A stretch of DNA of 64,000 nucleotides from Myxococcota bacterium (GCA_041687695.1 JAWLBL010000008.1:32074-96073), one strand, 5' to 3'; shown: positions 51,682-61,350, counted from the first letter of the stretch. Notes: generated from the sequence alone by a model not told the origin. Numbers and translations are program-made.

Positions 51682-52655
51682 GCGGGGGCGCCTGCGGGCT
51701 CGAAGGACAGCCGCGCCGGGCCGCCGTCGGCCGGGACCTCGAGCACGCCGCGCAGGTGGCTGCCGCGGCCGAAGGGCAGGGGGGCGTTGGCCGAGTCGTG
51801 GGTCACGGGGGCGCCGGCGGCCACCGGGATGCCCAGGCGGGGCGCGAGGTCGGCGAAGAACGCGTCGATCAGGACGCGCTGGTCGTCCGAGACGGCCGTG
51901 AAGCCGCCCAGGACCAGGCCGGCGGCTTCCTCGAGCCCGCCCGACAGGCGGAGCTGGGTGAAGAGGCGATCGATCTTGTAGACCGGCTCGCCCGTGTCCT
52001 CGAGGACGACGATGCGGCCCCGGAGATCGGCGGCGAAGGGCGTGCCGACCAGCGAGCTGACGACGCAGAGGTTGCCGCCGGCCAGGGCGCCCGTCGCGCG
52101 GCCGGGGGCGAGGGGGCGCAGGCCCTCGAGGGGTGCGACGTGGCCGGCGTGCCAGGCGGCGCGCACGCGGGCGAGGCTGGTCGTGTCCAGGCGCGAGAAC
52201 TGGCTGAGCGGGGGCCCGTGCCAGGCGGGCCAGCCGAGGCGGTCCCAGGCGGCCAGCAGGGCCGTGCCATCGCTGAAGCCCCACAGCGGTGCGGGCGGCG
52301 AGGCGGCGAGGCGTTCGCCCAGCGTCTCGAGGGTGCGCACGGCGCCGTAGCCGCCGCGGACCATCCAGAGGGCGGCGGGTTGCTCGGCGAGCGCGGCGAG
52401 GAGCTCGTCGGCGCGCCGGGCGTCGGAGCCGGCCAGGTAGTCGCCGGTCGCCAGGACGCCGGCGGCGTCGCCCGGCGCGTGCTCGTCGCCGTCCCAGGCG
52501 AGCGGGATGCCCAGGGCCTGCATGGCCGCGAGGCCCTCGTCGAAGGTGACCCGCTTGATCGGGCCGCTGGGCGCGACGAGGCGGGCGAGGGCGCGCGCGG
52601 CCGGCGCGTCCTCCCGCGCGTCATCGGGCGGCGGCGTGGACGGCGGCGCCGCCAA
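51678..52655 (-). CDS. LD-carboxypeptidase (peptidase S66, LdcA-like)
   Basis: S66-like layout (ARLVAPSGPI… N-terminal region, GGYGAVR, C-terminal catalytic region); start assigned to in-frame TTG, uncertain. Confidence 0.7.
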   Translation of the reverse strand: MAAPPSTPPPDDAREDAPAARALARLVAPSGPIKRVTFDEGLAAMQALGIPLAWDGDEHAPGDAAGVLATGDYLAGSDARRADELLAALAEQPAALWMVRGGYGAVRTLETLGERLAASPPAPLWGFSDGTALLAAWDRLGWPAWHGPPLSQFSRLDTTSLARVRAAWHAGHVAPLEGLRPLAPGRATGALAGGNLCVVSSLVGTPFAADLRGRIVVLEDTGEPVYKIDRLFTQLRLSGGLEEAAGLVLGGFTAVSDDQRVLIDAFFADLAPRLGIPVAAGAPVTHDSANAPLPFGRGSHLRGVLEVPADGGPARLSFEPAGAPA

Positions 52656-52657
52656 GG

Positions 52658-54013
52658 TCAGCGGCCCCCGGAGACGAGGCGCAGGCCGGGCTTGCGGGCG
52701 CGTTCGGTGGCCTGGGCGGCCTCGGCGGCCTGCTTGGGCTGCGACTCCTTGAGGAAGTCGGCGCCGTCGCCCATGCGCGACAGGCCGACGTCCATGCCGT
52801 AGGCGGCGAAGATCTTGCGCAGCGTCTCGTAGTGCTTCTCGAGCGAGGCGCGCACCGACTCGTAGCCGTGCTGGGCGGCCTCCTGCCGGCGCCAGAAGGC
52901 GACCGGGTTCATCGCGAAGAAGCGCGAGTCGGTCTCGGTCGGCTCGATGAGGATGACGTCGCCGCGGAAGCTGTCGTCGAGGCGCAGCTTCTCGATGCCC
53001 AGGCGCAGTCGACTGTGCAGCAGCGTGCGGAAGGCCTGGTTGATGATGGCCCACATGCCCAGATCCGCGATGGACCGCCGGTCGCTGGAGGTCAGGCGGT
53101 GGCGGTAGTTCACGAACGGGCGGAAGGGGTTGTAGCAGACGACGAGATCGGCGCCGTGGCGCACCGCCGTCGAGATGTTGGCGGTCTTGCGGACGGCGGC
53201 GTCGAGGTAGTCCTGCTCGCGGCCGGCCGGGCCCACGCGGGCCGGCTTGAAGAAGCCCGGGATGGCGGTGGAGGCCTGCACGGCCTCGCTGATGGTGACC
53301 GAGGTGTCCTCGTCGTGGCCGAAGACGACGCCCTGGGCCGTGTTGAGGTTGGTCGCGCCGATGTAGAGGCTCTTGCCCGTCTGCAGCTTGAGCTGGCGGA
53401 AGTTGTTGGGCAGCTCGTTGCGCTCGAGGTTGTGGCGGATGTAGCGCTCGATGCGCGCGTTGTCGAACAGGCCCGAGGGCAGGTAGCCGCCGCGCTGGCC
53501 CCAGGGGCGCTCGAGCAGCTCCGCGACGAAGGGCTCGAGCAGGGCCTCGGCCAGCTCGAGCGAGGGCTCGTCCAGAAAGCGCCGGGCGCGGCGGCGGAGA
53601 TCCCGCTGGTGGCGGGGCAGCAGCTGCAGGCACTTGTAGCCCAGGCGCGGGCCGTAGGTGACGAGATCGTGGGCCAGGTTGGTCGGCCGGGTGACGAACT
53701 CGCGCCAGTTGGGCAGGTAGAAGTCGACCGGCTTGAACATGGTCAGGCGCCCGGTCGAGCCGCGGATGGCGGCGACGAGCTCCTCGGCGGCGAAGCCGGC
53801 CGACAGGGGCGCGGCGAGGAAGGCCCCCGCCGAGATGCCCATGTACATGTCGAAGTCGGTGACCTTGAACTGCGAGAAGAACCGGTCGAGGGCGAGCAGG
53901 CCGCCCACCTTGAACGCGCCGCCCGAGATGGCGCCGCCGGCGAGCACGAGGGCGCGGCGGGCGTTGGGTCGCGGGCGCGACAGGTCCGACTTCTGGACGA
54001 TGGTGATGCCCAA
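52658..54013 (-). CDS. Patatin-like phospholipase
   Basis: TTG start with GGAGG 8 nt upstream; oxyanion GGAISGG and nucleophile elbow GISAG; DGG/DAA-type catalytic Asp region downstream. Confidence 0.8.
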   Translation of the reverse strand: MGITIVQKSDLSRPRPNARRALVLAGGAISGGAFKVGGLLALDRFFSQFKVTDFDMYMGISAGAFLAAPLSAGFAAEELVAAIRGSTGRLTMFKPVDFYLPNWREFVTRPTNLAHDLVTYGPRLGYKCLQLLPRHQRDLRRRARRFLDEPSLELAEALLEPFVAELLERPWGQRGGYLPSGLFDNARIERYIRHNLERNELPNNFRQLKLQTGKSLYIGATNLNTAQGVVFGHDEDTSVTISEAVQASTAIPGFFKPARVGPAGREQDYLDAAVRKTANISTAVRHGADLVVCYNPFRPFVNYRHRLTSSDRRSIADLGMWAIINQAFRTLLHSRLRLGIEKLRLDDSFRGDVILIEPTETDSRFFAMNPVAFWRRQEAAQHGYESVRASLEKHYETLRKIFAAYGMDVGLSRMGDGADFLKESQPKQAAEAAQATERARKPGLRLVSGGR

Positions 54014-54150
54014 GCAGGCCTCCGTGACGCGGTCAGGCGCCTGATAGTCTAGGGGCCCTCGCGGCCGCGCGGCAAGAAGCCCGCCGCGCGACCGGCGTCG
54101 TGGCCCAGGGGTACAGCCGCGCCGAGCGCGTCCGCATTCCCGGCGGGCGC

Positions 54151-54786
54151 TCAGCGTCGCTTGGCTTCGCGCAGCGGCCGATCGGGGTCGAGGTCCAGCA
54201 GGTGACAGGCGATGTCCGTCACGAGGGCCAGGATCTCGACGCGCGCCGCCTCGACGGAGGCCGCGCCGAGCATGATCCGGTTGTCCTCGGGGCGGTTGGT
54301 CACGAAGCGCGTGACGAGGTGCACCAGCGCGACCACGGCCCGCCGGACGGCCGGGACCGGCCGATCGATGGTGCGCGCGATGAGGTGCGCCAGCATGTCG
54401 GTGGTCGGGCCGACGCGACGCTCGCGCAGCTTCCAGTCGAGGCCGCCGCCCTCCATGATGCCGCGGATGAGGACGCGCACCGCGTCCCGGTGCACCTCGG
54501 CGAAGGCGAAGATCGCCTCGACGATCACCGCGGGCGGGGCGCCGAGGTCGAGCTCGCGGGCGAGGCGCGACACGTCGCCGTAGATCCGGTCGACGACCGC
54601 GTCGTACAGGCCCTGCTTGTCGCCGAAGTGATAGCTCAGCGCGGCTGGCGTGACGCCGGCGCGTGTGGCAATCTGATGCAGCGAGCCCCCGCTGTAGCCG
54701 GCGTCCGCGAAGACGGTCGTCGCCGCCTCCAGCGCCGCCTCGCGCGTCGCCTCGCGCGTCCTGCCCTTGATGCGTGCCATGGTCAC
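54151..54786 (-). CDS. TetR/AcrR-family transcriptional regulator
   Basis: N-terminal helix-turn-helix AALEAATTVFADAGYSGGSLHQIATRAGVTPAALSYHFGDK. Confidence 0.85.
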   Translation of the reverse strand: MTMARIKGRTREATREAALEAATTVFADAGYSGGSLHQIATRAGVTPAALSYHFGDKQGLYDAVVDRIYGDVSRLARELDLGAPPAVIVEAIFAFAEVHRDAVRVLIRGIMEGGGLDWKLRERRVGPTTDMLAHLIARTIDRPVPAVRRAVVALVHLVTRFVTNRPEDNRIMLGAASVEAARVEILALVTDIACHLLDLDPDRPLREAKRR

Positions 54787-55254
54787 CCCCCTCGGTGGCG
54801 CTGGACCCGATCAATGAATTAAACGCTATGTTAATTTTGCGCAAGGCCACGGAGCGCTTTCACAGACCTGATCGGTCAGCGGTGGCGGTGACCCCTTTCC
54901 GAGTCCGCTGACCGAATCCGTGGCCCGGCTCCGTGGCTGTGTCGGCGCACCGATTCCGTCCGCCGTAGCCGCGCTACGACCGCCGCCGCCGCTCCGACCG
55001 CCAGCGATTCAGCCTGGAGGGAGCGGCCGTTCCGAACCACACCTTCGTTCTGCAGGGGGAGCCATCCTTTCGTGTCAGTGGATGTGGCCCCACCCCTGCG
55101 ACCCTCCCGCGTCCTCTGACGCGATGGATGGCTTCCTCAGCGACGAGGCCTGTGCCCAGCCCAGCTCAGCGCCCGACCGAGCGCGCAGCGAGCTGCGCGA
55201 CCCACGAGCACGAGCAAGCTCGTGCAGTCCGACCGAAGCGTCCCGATGATGACC

Positions 55255-55560
55255 GTGGCCACGGCCTACGGCCTCGGCGACGGCCACGGCCTACGGCCTC
55301 GGCCACGGCCTACGGCCTCGGCCACGGCCTACGGCCTCGGCGACGGCCACGGCCTACGGCCTCGGCGACGGCCTCGGCGACGGCCACGGCCTACGGCCTC
55401 GGCGACGGCCTCGGCGACGGCCACGGCCTACGGCCTCGGCCACGGCCTACGGCCTCGGCGACGGCCTACGGCCTCGGCGACGGCCACGGCCTACGGCCTC
55501 GGCGACGGCCACGGCCTACGGCCTCGGCCACGGTCTCGGCGACGGCCACGGTAGCCGGCC
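55255..55560. repeat. GC-rich hexamer/heptamer microsatellite (CCACGG / CCTACGG / CCTCGG / CGACGG units), related to the array at 15850..16165
   Basis: Read directly: ggccacggcctacggcctcggcgacggccacggcctacggcctcggcc… for ~300 bp between tetR (start 54786) and the 3' end of the FAAL gene; mixed 6/7-nt units preclude coding. Confidence 0.85.
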
Positions 55561-55767
55561 TTGAGCGAAGTCGTGCAGCTGAGCCCTTGGATCATGAACA
55601 AGCCCGGACCGCCAGCATCCACGCTACGAGCCGCCCGGTTGCCGAGCCCGATCACCAATCAGGTCTAGGCGCTTTCGTGGGCGCGACGCGTAACCTTCGT
55701 CGGCGCTGGCTGACTCGAGGGCGCTGGCACGCGCGCGGGTGCGGGCGCCCCGCGCGCCTCGCCGGCC

Positions 55768-57567
55768 TCAGCGACGGCCCAGGGCGACGCGGCCGATGAA
55801 GCTGCGGACGTAGGCCAGTTGGCTCGAGGCGAGGTGCTTGACCGCCGTGAGGCGTCCGGCCTCGGCCGTCAGGCGACCCAGCGTGCCCTCGGCGTACAGC
55901 TCGGCGGCCTTGCGCCGCTGCAGCTTGCCCGAGCTGGTCTTCGGCAGGCCGCCCGGCGGCAGGACGACGATGTCCGCCACCTTCAGGCCCATCCCCTCGC
56001 TCACCGCCGCGCGCACGCTCTGCGCGACCTCCTCGTGGTCGGCGTCCTTGCGCGCCTCGAGGACCAGCACCAGCTCCTCGGTGTCGCCGCGCGCGGCGCC
56101 GAAGGCGATGGCGTTGCCGGTGCGCACCCCGGGCAGCTCCCAGACCAGGTGCTCGATGTCCTGCGGGTAGTAGTTCTTGCCGCCGATGATGATGAGCTCC
56201 TTTTTGCGCCCGCAGACGTAGACCTCGCCATCGGCGATGTAGCCAAGGTCGCCCGTGTGCAGCCAGCCGCCCCGCAGGACCTGGGCCGTGGCTTCGGCGT
56301 TGTCGAAGTAGCCCGGCATGATGCTGGGGCCGCGCACCACGATCTCGCCCACGGCGCGCTCGCCCAGCTGGCGCCCGGCGTCGTCGACCACGGCGATGGC
56401 GTGCTTGGAGAAGGGCTTGCCGCAGCTGACGATGCGCTGCGCTTCGCCGTCGGGCAGGGGCCGCGCCGCCTCGTGGCGGTGCACCAGCGCCTGCGCGTCG
56501 ACCAGATCGGTGCGCATCCCGGTGCCCGGGTCGGCGAAGCTGACCGCCAGCGTCGCCTCGGCCATGCCGTACGACGGGAACAGGCTGCTCGCCGAGAAGC
56601 CGGCGGGGCCGAAGCGGTCCACGAAGGCCTCGAGGGTGTCGGGGCGGATGGGCTCGGCGCCGCAGCCGGCGATGCGCCAGCTCGACAGATCCAGGCGGGC
56701 CAGCTGCTCGTCGCGCACACGCCGGGTGCACAGGCCGTAGGCGAAGTTCGGCGCGTAGGTGATGGTGCCCTTGTGACGGCTGATGGCCTCGAGCCACAGG
56801 TGCGGGCGCTTCAGGAAGGTCAGCGGCGCCATGCTGACCATGCGGACCTGATAGAAGAAGGGGGTCAGCACGAAGCCGATGAGCCCCATGTCGTGGTACA
56901 GCGGCAACCACGACACGCCGCAGTCGTCCGGGCCGACGCTCAGCGCCTCGCCGCCGATGCAGCGGCTGTTCTCGGCGAGGCCCCCGTGGGTGACCATCAC
57001 GCCCTTGGGGCGCGAGGTGGAGCCCGAGGTGAACTGGATGAAGCACAGGTCCTCGGGCGCGACCTCGGCCATCGGCGCCTCGGGGCCCGGGCCGGTCAGC
57101 GCGTCGACGACGGCGACCTCGCGCAGATCGGGGCACTGCACGAGCAGGCTGCCGAGCACCTTGTGGACCGTCTTGTCGGTGACGACGCCCTTGGCGCGGG
57201 CGGCGCGGACGATGTGGACCGCGTTGTCCAGGTAGCCGCCCAGCTTGCCGAGGCCCAGCGGGGGGTAGATGGGCACCGGGACCACGCCGGTCCAGATGGC
57301 GCCCAGGAACACCGACAGGAAGTCCTCGGTCTCGGGCAGCACCACGACCAGCCGGTCACCTTTGCGGTAACCGCGTTGCCCCAGCTGGTGGGCCACGCGG
57401 CGGGCGCGCCGGACCAGCTCCGCATAGGGCACCATGCGCTCGCCGCCGGCTTCGTCGATGAACGTGTATCCGTGGGACTCGACCGCGCCGGCCGCGGCGA
57501 TGGCCGCGCTGAGGGTCGGGTGGGGGGGCTCGCAGGCGGGGGCGGGGCCCTCTAGGATGACCGCCAT
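55768..57567 (-). CDS. Fatty acyl-AMP ligase-like adenylate-forming enzyme (candidate acyl-ACP synthetase)
   Basis: 599 aa; AMP-binding motifs FTSGSTSRPKGVMVTH, YGMAEA, GWLHTGDLG, and FAAL-type N-terminus; near the ACP and AOS genes. Confidence 0.85.
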   Translation of the reverse strand: MAVILEGPAPACEPPHPTLSAAIAAAGAVESHGYTFIDEAGGERMVPYAELVRRARRVAHQLGQRGYRKGDRLVVVLPETEDFLSVFLGAIWTGVVPVPIYPPLGLGKLGGYLDNAVHIVRAARAKGVVTDKTVHKVLGSLLVQCPDLREVAVVDALTGPGPEAPMAEVAPEDLCFIQFTSGSTSRPKGVMVTHGGLAENSRCIGGEALSVGPDDCGVSWLPLYHDMGLIGFVLTPFFYQVRMVSMAPLTFLKRPHLWLEAISRHKGTITYAPNFAYGLCTRRVRDEQLARLDLSSWRIAGCGAEPIRPDTLEAFVDRFGPAGFSASSLFPSYGMAEATLAVSFADPGTGMRTDLVDAQALVHRHEAARPLPDGEAQRIVSCGKPFSKHAIAVVDDAGRQLGERAVGEIVVRGPSIMPGYFDNAEATAQVLRGGWLHTGDLGYIADGEVYVCGRKKELIIIGGKNYYPQDIEHLVWELPGVRTGNAIAFGAARGDTEELVLVLEARKDADHEEVAQSVRAAVSEGMGLKVADIVVLPPGGLPKTSSGKLQRRKAAELYAEGTLGRLTAEAGRLTAVKHLASSQLAYVRSFIGRVALGRR

Positions 57568-57802
57568 GGCTGGGCGCCTCCGTACCGAGCAAGCGCTCGG
57601 AAAGTCAATGATTTCAAGGTTGAACGGAAGTGGCGCGGAAGCTACCCGCCCCCCCGGTGGGTGTCAAACCGAAACCACGATGGGCGCGGCGGCCGCGTCG
57701 CGGCGGGTTTCGCCAAAACGAAACGGGCGCCAGCGGCCCGGAGCCGCGCCCCCAGTGGCCGCGATGGCCCTCCAGACGCCCTGCCGGCTGGGCCGCGGGC
57801 CA

Positions 57803-57831
57803 TTGACCCCGCCGCCCGCGCCGCCTATAAG
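57803..57831 (+). promoter_or_regulatory. Sigma70-like promoter for the OmpA-TSP3 gene (-35 TTGACC, 17 nt, -10 TATAAG)
   Basis: cattgaccccgccgcccgcgccgccTATAAGcgc about 65 nt upstream of ATG 57895. Confidence 0.4.
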
Positions 57832-57894
57832 CGCCCGGTTGCAACGAGGCGGATGGCCGCGGCGCGTCGCGAGCCACCCTGCGCGGAGTGCGTG

Positions 57895-59154
57895 ATGCCC
57901 AGAGCTCTTCAGTCCCTCCTGGCCGCGGCCGTCGTCGCGGCGACCCCCGCCGTCGCGTCCGCGCAGTCGGCCGTCACCGCCCGCTCCGCCGACCTCGGCG
58001 TCGACATGGGCGGCCTGTTCTTCCTCGGCGGCGCCGAAGGCCTCAGCGACACGTTCGCCTACCGGATCGCGGGCGCCTACAACTTCACGCGCCACATCGC
58101 CGCCCACCTGGGCGTCGACTTCTCACCGCGCGAGGTCAACCAGGTCTCGGTGACCCACGTGCACCTCGCGGCCCTGTACCGCCCGCTCTCGCACGCCTGG
58201 TTCGTCCCGTTCGTCGGCGCCGGCCCCAGCCTCGCCGTGACCACGCCCAAGGACGGCGACGCCGACGTCGACCCGGCGGTCAGCGCGATGGCCGGCGTCG
58301 ACCTGTACCCCTGGGAGCGCGTCGGCTTCCGCGCCTCCACGCGCTACATGGCGCGCTTCGGCACCGACGACGACGAGACGACCTCGCACGACCTCATCGC
58401 CTCGCTGGGCATGTTCGTCACCTTCGGCGACCAGGCCCCGACCGGGCCCATCCTGCTCGACACCGACGGCGACGGCTTCCTCGATCCCGACGACCTGTGC
58501 GTCAACGTCCCGGGCCACGCCAGCGCCCAGGGCTGCCCCGACATCGACGGCGACACCATCGTCGACGCGGACGACCGCTGCCCGAACGACCCCGGCACCA
58601 AGGCCCTCGCCGGCTGCCCCGACAAGGACGGCGACGACATCGCGGATCTGGACGACCGCTGCCCCGACGTCCCCGGCACGCCGGCCCACAAGGGCTGCCC
58701 CGACCTCGACGGCGACGACATCGCCGATCTGGACGACCGCTGCCCCAAGATCCCGGGTGACAAGCGCTTCGGCGGCTGCCCGCCGCCGCCGCCCGAGGAG
58801 GTCGTCAAGAAGTACTCGGGCGCCATCGCCGGCATCACCTTCAAGTACGACTCGGCCGAGATCGAGCCCAGCTCCTTCCCGGTGCTCGACGAGGCGGCGG
58901 CCGTGCTGGCCGAGTACGCGCACCTGGTCGTGCTCATCGAGGGCCACACCTCGGCCGAGGGCAGCGCCCAGTACAACCAGGAGCTGTCGCAGCGCCGCGC
59001 CGAGTCGGTCCGCCAGTACCTGGTGGACAAGGGCATCGCGGCCGAGCGCCTGCAGGCCAAGGGCTTCGGCAAGGACAACCCGGTGGCGACCAACGACACC
59101 GAGGAAGGCCGCGCCCAGAACCGCCGCATCGAGTTCAAGATCCTCGTCCAGTAG
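57895..59154 (+). CDS. OmpA-family outer-membrane protein with thrombospondin type-3 (TSP3) Ca-binding repeats
   Basis: Internal ATG of ORF 57661..59154; signal peptide …AVASAQSA; N-terminal beta-barrel region; repeats DTDGDGFLDPDDLC / DIDGDTIVDADDRCPNDPG / DKDGDDIADLDDRCPDVPG / DLDGDDIADLDDRCPKIPG; C-terminal OmpA domain (…NQELSQRRAESV…NRRIEF). Confidence 0.85.
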   Translation: MPRALQSLLAAAVVAATPAVASAQSAVTARSADLGVDMGGLFFLGGAEGLSDTFAYRIAGAYNFTRHIAAHLGVDFSPREVNQVSVTHVHLAALYRPLSHAWFVPFVGAGPSLAVTTPKDGDADVDPAVSAMAGVDLYPWERVGFRASTRYMARFGTDDDETTSHDLIASLGMFVTFGDQAPTGPILLDTDGDGFLDPDDLCVNVPGHASAQGCPDIDGDTIVDADDRCPNDPGTKALAGCPDKDGDDIADLDDRCPDVPGTPAHKGCPDLDGDDIADLDDRCPKIPGDKRFGGCPPPPPEEVVKKYSGAIAGITFKYDSAEIEPSSFPVLDEAAAVLAEYAHLVVLIEGHTSAEGSAQYNQELSQRRAESVRQYLVDKGIAAERLQAKGFGKDNPVATNDTEEGRAQNRRIEFKILVQ

Positions 59155-59264
59155 CGTTCGAGCCTGCGGTGGCCCGCGGCGGCGCGCTCGGAGATGCCTC
59201 CGGCGCGCCGCTCGCGCATCCGGGCCCGGCCGCCAGGACCGAACGCCCGTTCTGGAAAACCCCT

Positions 59265-59293
59265 TTGACATCGCGGGCCCGGCGCCCTATGCC
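59265..59293 (+). promoter_or_regulatory. Candidate sigma70-like promoter for ACP-AOS operon (-35 TTGACA, 17 nt, -10 TATGCC)
   Basis: cctTTGACAtcgcgggcccggcgcccTATGCCggt about 65 nt upstream of ACP ATG. Confidence 0.35.
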
Positions 59294-59358
59294 GGTGCCC
59301 TCCCGAGGCCGCCCTCCGGGCGCGGCCTCTCTCCCCGAGACAGCGAGCGGAAAGAGAC

Positions 59359-59595
59359 ATGGCGAACGTGGACGTCGTGGCGCTGTTCAAGCGCGTCGCC
59401 TCCGAGGTCGAGCGCAAGGACTTCTCGAACATCACCCGCGACACGCGCGTGACCGACCTGGGCGTGGACTCCGTCACGATGATGGAGATCGTCGGGATGA
59501 TGGAGGACGAGCTCGGCATCCAGATCCCGGACACCAAGCTGTCGGGGCTGCAGACCGTGGGCGACATCGAGCGCGTCGTCCTCGAGCGCCTGTAG
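59359..59595 (+). CDS. Acyl carrier protein (stand-alone, likely dedicated to the adjacent alpha-oxoamine synthase)
   Basis: 78 aa; phosphopantetheine-attachment motif DLGVDSV. Confidence 0.85.
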   Translation: MANVDVVALFKRVASEVERKDFSNITRDTRVTDLGVDSVTMMEIVGMMEDELGIQIPDTKLSGLQTVGDIERVVLERL

Positions 59596-59605
59596 GGATC
59601 GGGCG

Positions 59606-60967
59606 ATGAGCAAGGACACGGCCGGCGAGTCGCCCGCCGGGGCCGTCGGCGCGCCGGACGCGCTGACCCCCGAGGCCGAGCAGGAGCTGTTCGCCCTGGG
59701 GCTGCGGCTCCTCAACAAGGACTACTTCGTCGGCGAGTACTGCCCGCAGAACGGCGTCGACGCCAAGGACCCCTTCGCGAAGGCGCGCCTGTTCGACGGC
59801 ATCATCGGCTCGCTCAAGGGCACCGGCCGCTTCTTGTTCGGCATGCCCATCGTGTCCAAGCCGGGCCCCCGGGTGACGGTCGAGGACCACGAGGGGCGGC
59901 GGCGCGAGCTGACCATGTTCGCGTCGAACGACTACCTGGGCCTGTCCGCCGACCCGCGCACCCACGAGGCCATCCGCGGGGCGCTCGACGAGTACGGCAT
60001 CGGCGCCGGCTCGAGCCGCGTCAACGTCGGCTACAGCGGCATCCACCGCGCGCTCGAGGCCAAGCTCGCCGACCGCTGGGGCAAGCAGGCGGCCCTGCTG
60101 TTCCCGACCGGCTTCGACGCCGTGTCCAGCACCATCGCCGCGCTGGCGGGCCCGAACGACCGCGTCATCATCGACGCGTCGAGCCACGCCTGCATCATCG
60201 ACGGCGCGCGCCGCTCGGGCGCCACGGTGCGCCTGTTCAAGCACAACGACCCCGAGCGCCTCGAGATGCAGCTGCAGCGCGCGGCCGAGGCCGAGGGCGG
60301 CACGCTGGTCGTCGTCGAGGGCGCCTACAGCATGGACGGCGACATCGCGCGCCTCGACGCCATCGTCCCGCTCTGCAAGAAGTACGGCGCACGGCTGATG
60401 GTCGACGAGGCCCACGCCATCGGCGTCCGCGGCGCCAAGGGCCACGGCGTGGCCGAGCACTTCGGCCTGTCGGACGAGGTCGACATCATCGCGGGCACCT
60501 TCTCGAAGTCGCTGGGTGCCACGGGCGGCTTCGTCGCGTCCAGCCGAGAGGTCGTCACCTACCTCAACTACCTGTCGACCCGCATCGTCTTCTCGGCCGC
60601 CTTCCCGCCCATCCTCGCCCGCGCCGTCTCGCGCGCCATCGACATCATGGAGGAGGACGAGGCCCTGCGCGGGCGCCTGTGGGACAACATCCGCTACTTC
60701 GCGGACGGCTTCCGCAAGATGGGCGTCGACATGCCCGAGGTGCAGGTCGGCGCCGTGCCGCTGCGCATCCACCGCGACGAGATCATGGTGACCTTCGCCG
60801 GGGATCTCTTCGACGCGGGCGTCTTCGCCTATCCGGTGGTCTACCCGACCGTGCCGCTGGGCAAGAGCATGTTCCGCCTGGCGATGCAGTCGGGCCACAC
60901 GCGCGCGCACCTCGACCACGCGCTCGAGGTCTTCCGGGGGCTGCTGGGCAAGTACGGCGTCCTCTAG
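59606..60967 (+). CDS. Alpha-oxoamine synthase family PLP enzyme, serine palmitoyltransferase-like (candidate Spt)
   Basis: 453 aa; PLP-lysine motif GTFSKSLGATGG; class-II aminotransferase fold as in Spt/BioF/Kbl; immediately downstream of a dedicated ACP and near an FAAL gene. Confidence 0.8.
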   Translation: MSKDTAGESPAGAVGAPDALTPEAEQELFALGLRLLNKDYFVGEYCPQNGVDAKDPFAKARLFDGIIGSLKGTGRFLFGMPIVSKPGPRVTVEDHEGRRRELTMFASNDYLGLSADPRTHEAIRGALDEYGIGAGSSRVNVGYSGIHRALEAKLADRWGKQAALLFPTGFDAVSSTIAALAGPNDRVIIDASSHACIIDGARRSGATVRLFKHNDPERLEMQLQRAAEAEGGTLVVVEGAYSMDGDIARLDAIVPLCKKYGARLMVDEAHAIGVRGAKGHGVAEHFGLSDEVDIIAGTFSKSLGATGGFVASSREVVTYLNYLSTRIVFSAAFPPILARAVSRAIDIMEEDEALRGRLWDNIRYFADGFRKMGVDMPEVQVGAVPLRIHRDEIMVTFAGDLFDAGVFAYPVVYPTVPLGKSMFRLAMQSGHTRAHLDHALEVFRGLLGKYGVL

Positions 60968-61350
60968 GTCGAGGACTCGGGCTCGTGGTCGATGATGACC
61001 GGGGGCTCGCGGCGCGCGCCCAGGGGACGCAGGCCGCGGCGCTCGCGGACCTCGTCCAGGTTGTGGCGGACCAGCTCGCCCAGATCGTCGACGATGGGGC
61101 CCAGCTTGCGGACCAGGCGCAGCTCCAGCTCGGCGACCTGCTGCAGCGTGCCGGCCACCAGATCCAGGCGGTCCATCACCTGCTCGGCGCGCCCCAGCAG
61201 GCGCAGGCCGGCCTCGCGGACCCGCGGGTCGACGGGGACGGCCTCGGCGCTGAGCAGCGCGTTCGCCAGGCGTAGCAGGCCGCGCGGGGCCGACAGCGCG
61301 CGGGGCGGCTGGGGCTCGGGCGGCGTCGGGGGCGTGTCGTCTTGGGCCAT
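60964..61350 (-). CDS. Hypothetical coiled-coil protein
   Basis: 128-aa ORF between aos and gloB; protein-like composition; no recognised motif. Confidence 0.4.
   Translation of the reverse strand: MAQDDTPPTPPEPQPPRALSAPRGLLRLANALLSAEAVPVDPRVREAGLRLLGRAEQVMDRLDLVAGTLQQVAELELRLVRKLGPIVDDLGELVRHNLDEVRERRGLRPLGARREPPVIIDHEPESST

Noticed and set aside
55128-55799. 223-aa ORF (and 55222..55554) over the second microsatellite
   Set aside because: Same reasoning as the first array: heptamer units break frame, and the translation is RPRP/TASATA low complexity
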